A stretch of DNA of 64,000 nt from an uncultured Nitrospinota bacterium (GTDB taxonomy: Bacteria; Tectomicrobia; Entotheonellia; J063; CAVPRW01), in the NCBI GenBank assembly GCA_963707985.1, contig CAVPRW010000008.1:1-64000 (forward strand), written 5' to 3'. Within the stretch, counting starts at the first letter, position 1, and the number at the start of each line of letters is the position of its first letter. The notes under the pieces were generated by a model. The model was given only the letters and a program-made list of their open reading frames with translations. It was not told where the DNA came from and did not search any database. Both the position numbers and the translations under genes were made by a program. Shown in pieces: positions 60,012-64,000 of the stretch.

Positions 60012-61819
60012 TCAAAGAGAAGGACCCTCATCACCCTTGGCAAGATGGTAAATGTTAATCAATCCGTCGGTTCTGAATAATTGCATTCTCGCACTTATGT
60101 TATATCGATCTCGCTCCAACAGGACTACCCACTTGATACGAGGGGGTATTATATCATCTGACAGATGAGACTCCGGAGCCAGAAGCAGGGCTTCCGTGTT
60201 CTCATAGGAGAGCGAAAAAGCGAGCAGCATATCTATTCCCGACCAAGAACCAATCAACATCACCGGGTCCTTGGGATCAATGATCGTAGATTCAATCATT
60301 ATTAGAGAATTTTTGACCATTTTCCAAGAAATGGTTGAAAACCCTATCTGAGTGCGAATCGCAAAAACATTGCCCACCACGGAGAATAGGAGGAAAAAAA
60401 GAAGATATGGGTAAAGACGTTTGACCTTACTGAATGCGTAATACAGACTCAAAAGAAATAAAAGTGCCACCAAGACAGCCGACACTATCTTGAGGTTTTC
60501 CGCACCCCACCAGTTCCACCCTTCTGGATCAACCAAAGAACGGTAAGCCGGGAAGAAGGTGTTTAGCCATGTCCATTCGAGAAAATCTACATGGAACCCC
60601 CCCAGCACGAAGACTGAAAAGACTGTTATGAAAGCGGCACCAACACAACCACTCATGATAACGAATCCAGCACTAGCCAGTATGGACTGACCCAATTGCC
60701 TAATAAATACGATAAACGCTATCAGAAAGAATGGAAATGTAAAGAAGTAATATCGTGCATGCAATCGCATCATATGCTCTAATTCTCTAAAATCAGATGA
60801 AAACTTCAGCGTCACTGCAAAAAAAGTAAGAAAAACAAGAATTCCCCAAAGAAAAAAAACAAATGACTTAGAGTCTTTATTCCTGAACGAGTGTATGATA
60901 CCAATTATCACCACGACCACAGGTAATCCATAGATGAACAAAAAAGCACTCAAATGACCAATGAGCACCCGTAGTATGTCTCTCAGAGATTCCATCATGT
61001 TAATAGGTTTTACTACAAGACCCCAACCATAATAACCGTACATTCCAAATATTTCAGACAGATGAATTCGATGACGCACTAACAGGAGTATTCCGACATA
61101 TGATATGATCGCCATGAAAATAGTGACAAAAAATGATCTTACTATTGAATATGTGGATAGTGATAAACGTTTCGCAAACACCATAAGAACTACGACAAGC
61201 ACTATAAGTGCGATGATTAGGGCGAGAGCATGAGGCTTAGTCAGGAAAAGTAACGCAAGGCACAAACCACCTCCCATTTCATCTTTAAGTTTGTTACAGT
61301 AAAAAGCTCGGAAGATAAAAAAAAAGCGAACAAGAACAAAGGGAAAAATAGGCTTTCAGCCATAATATAGTTCGCATACAGATTGGATGGCATAAGCATG
61401 ACCAATATTACAGGGAGTAAAGGCCATTTCCCTTGGTTAAAGCATTTAGCAATCAAGAAAGTTGGGAAAATAGCTATGCTTATCAGGACTGCATTGATAG
61501 CTTTTGAAATGACATAGAAATTAGGACCAAAATAAAAGGATAAAGATATTATGCTCGGGTAAAGGAAATTCCCGAAGATGGGACGGTACCCCAAATATAA
61601 CCTATCGAAATCTCCGAACCTAAAAAAGCTCTCTGCAGCTGCCTTGTACATAAGTTCGTCTACCATGACAACAGGACAGGGAAGAAGGGAACTCCAATAG
61701 AAGCGAACAAGAGAGCTAGTCACGTAGAGGGTTCCCAAGATCAGGGCTATGAACCAAGGGGTATCCCATTTCAGAGGCTTATGATATGCATCTGCGTTTA
61801 GGAAAAATCTTAAGGACAT
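60012..61819 (-). CDS. Multi-pass membrane protein, putative GT-C; frameshifted, AT-rich
   Basis: VDELMY, LYP, MAESLFFP, LTKPH, HARY. Confidence 0.7.
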
Positions 61820-62894
61820 TATGATTTTCCAAGCCGTAGAAGGGGGATAGATAGGTCACTGTAACTGTTGTGCCTTTGTGGAAAGGCAACAATATCTACT
61901 ATATCTAGCTCTCCAAGATTCATAGAGCTTTCACGCAGAGGACATCGGAGATCTTTGACATCAAAGACGTCATATCCTAGAGAGGTCAGTAGCCCACATA
62001 TTCCGCTCCACTTGACTGTGAACAGTTTCGCAACCAGTATTCATTAATTTCCGAAAGAATTATTGGTTTGTCTCTAGAGAGGATTGATGTCATTCCTCGG
62101 ATAACTGCAGGTTCATGTCCCTCAACATCAAGTTTTACAAGATCGATAGTATCTTCGATGATATCATCGAGACGAATGGCTTCCACGGTCGCTTGTTCAG
62201 AACCACCACTATGTCCTACCACAAACATATTGGAAATCTTAGATACATTTACATTCCCACTCACATCGGAGCATACGACATTGAATGTCTTTACTGTTCG
62301 TTGGAAATTATTCTCTTGAATATTCTTTAATAGTAAATCATAATGAGATGGCATTGGCTCAAAGGCATATACTTTACCAGTTTCACCAACCATAGATGCC
62401 ATGAGACAGGTATAAAATCCAATATGTGCACCCGACATCAATACATTTCATGCCAGGAGAAATGAGCCTCTTGAGCAATTCAACAGAGTCTGGTTCATAT
62501 TGCCCAGATGCCATGATCATCCCCATTTCTCGATCAGTCGTATTAAACCATAGACGAAAATCTTGTAATTCTGCCATGAATATTCGATTGGGCGGGAAAA
62601 ATCTCGTCTGTGAGAGAACTCATCGGAGTGAATCAGTTCATCCAAGAATTCCCGAAAGGTTCTCTTATCGGTTAAGAGACGAGGCAATTCCTCGACAAGA
62701 TTTGGATTACGTCCAAGGAGCAGACGAAAAGCAAAAAAGGCGTCAACCGGATTCAACTGCCGTCCGTAGTCTAGGTCGTTATACGATGTTAAGAGACGTT
62801 GCAGGTGGGGTAAAAGTTCGGCACTTTTCCCCTTCATAATATGATCCTTTCTGGTCGCTTCTTTCTTCATGACTATGCTGTTGGGGAGGGGCAC
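61819..62894 (-). CDS. FkbM-family methyltransferase; frameshifted
   Basis: GQYEP, IDVGAHIGFY, YAFEP, RLDD, VKLDVEGHE. Confidence 0.85.
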
Positions 62895-64000
62895 AGGGAG
62901 AGCAGGCTGCTTCGGTACTCTCCGGCAGCAATGCGTGGTTTGGCCGCCATGCTGACGGCGGACGGCGAAGGCGGTGTGACATCCTCAGTGCTTGAGCAAA
63001 GCAGCTTCGAAAGCTCGCTCAACAGGGCATATTGGGCGCTCGTGGTGAACTCTCGCAAGTGCTCGACGGGGATGTCGAGTCGATGTCGCACCATCCCCCG
63101 CATAAAGTGCTCCCAAAATCCTGGGGTCCGGGCGTAATGTCCCTCAGATCTTAATAACTGAAGATATCGCTCCGGATGCTTCTGGAACAGGAGAGGATCA
63201 TATTCGAAAAACCGTGTTCGTCTCTCAGTGGATTCACGCTGCACATCCCTCGGAGGGGCTGGATGCACGACTTTCACATCACGCGCAAAGGGGATTTGAC
63301 CATAGGCCAAGGCCCGCCAACCGAAATCGGTATCTTCTCGAAATGGGCGCTCAAACCGCTCGTCGAATCCCCCAAGTTCATCGACGACCTTCCGCCGAAC
63401 GAAAAGATTCGCTGTCATAAATCCGATACCTTCGACGCCTTGATTGGTCACGATGCGGTAGCGCTCGGCATCGGTGGTATCACTCTGGACCAGCCCCTCA
63501 AGACCCACAATCCCTTCGTCCTGGAAATGCTTGTAGGCATTTGCCAGCCATTGAATATCTGGTTCGCAGTCGTCATCGGTGAAGGCAAGCACTTGTCCTC
63601 TGGCGTGTTTGATCCCGAGGTTTCTTGATTTCGCGGGTCCTCGTTCAGTGGTGTGGATGTATTGGAGAGCAAAATTGCAACGCAGCAGCCCTAGCTCGAA
63701 CGGCGTAGCACTCTGGTCAACTACCACCACCTCGAAATCAGCAAACACCTGCCGAGAGAGCAATTCAAGTAGCTTCTTGAGGGATGCAGGCCTCTCGTAG
63801 GAGGGAATGACGACCGAGAAGTATGGGCTACCGCCGTGGGAGCTTTTCGCGCGAGAGCGCTCGATAATCAGCTTCCCCAGCTGGGCAGAGATATGACGCC
63901 AATCGTAGATCTCCTCGGCGAGCTTGCGGCTCTCGGCCGCAAGGCTGGCACGCAGCCGCGTGTTGTGTCGTAACTCGTTGATCCAATCGCTGAAGCGACT
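62873..64000 (-). CDS. Multidomain glycosyltransferase (GT4 C-terminus + GT2), 5' partial
   Basis: LAEEIYDW..., FSVVIPSYER, VVVVD, SRNLG, FTDDD, GGFDE, EDTDF. Confidence 0.85.
   Translation of the reverse strand, partial: SRFSDWINELRHNTRLRASLAAESRKLAEEIYDWRHISAQLGKLIIERSRAKSSHGGSPYFSVVIPSYERPASLKKLLELLSRQVFADFEVVVVDQSATPFELGLLRCNFALQYIHTTERGPAKSRNLGIKHARGQVLAFTDDDCEPDIQWLANAYKHFQDEGIVGLEGLVQSDTTDAERYRIVTNQGVEGIGFMTANLFVRRKVVDELGGFDERFERPFREDTDFGWRALAYGQIPFARDVKVVHPAPPRDVQRESTERRTRFFEYDPLLFQKHPERYLQLLRSEGHYARTPGFWEHFMRGMVRHRLDIPVEHLREFTTSAQYALLSELSKLLCSSTEDVTPPSPSAVSMAAKPRIAAGEYRSSLLSLCPSPTA

Overview
The window is an accessory region of a GC-rich bacterium. The IS repertoire is reminiscent of Tectomicrobia/Entotheonella-type genomes, but this is low-confidence inference. 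Most of it is a large cell-surface glycan locus on the minus strand: gmd, three copies of fcl, wzm/wzt, GT2 and GT4 glycosyltransferases, about ten SAM-methyltransferase domains (several fused to GTs), about seven multi-pass GT-C-like membrane proteins, and a UbiA-type polyprenyl phosphoribosyltransferase with a HAD phosphatase. Between 26.6 and 46.8 kb the locus is interrupted by two cargo blocks bracketed by direct repeats of fcl with its flanks. They hold a subtilisin with a 6x141-bp lectin-like propeller and a stand-alone propeptide homolog, 4-5 toxin-antitoxin modules, a composite IS1634 transposon that splits an antitoxin gene, an IS1634 element carrying a secreted-protein gene inside a long hairpin, and many decayed IS. 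Single-base frameshifts are pervasive and most likely long-read indel errors, so gene boundaries are approximate. Decayed IS copies show an apparent excess of A:T->C:G substitutions. No rRNA, tRNA or CRISPR array was seen.
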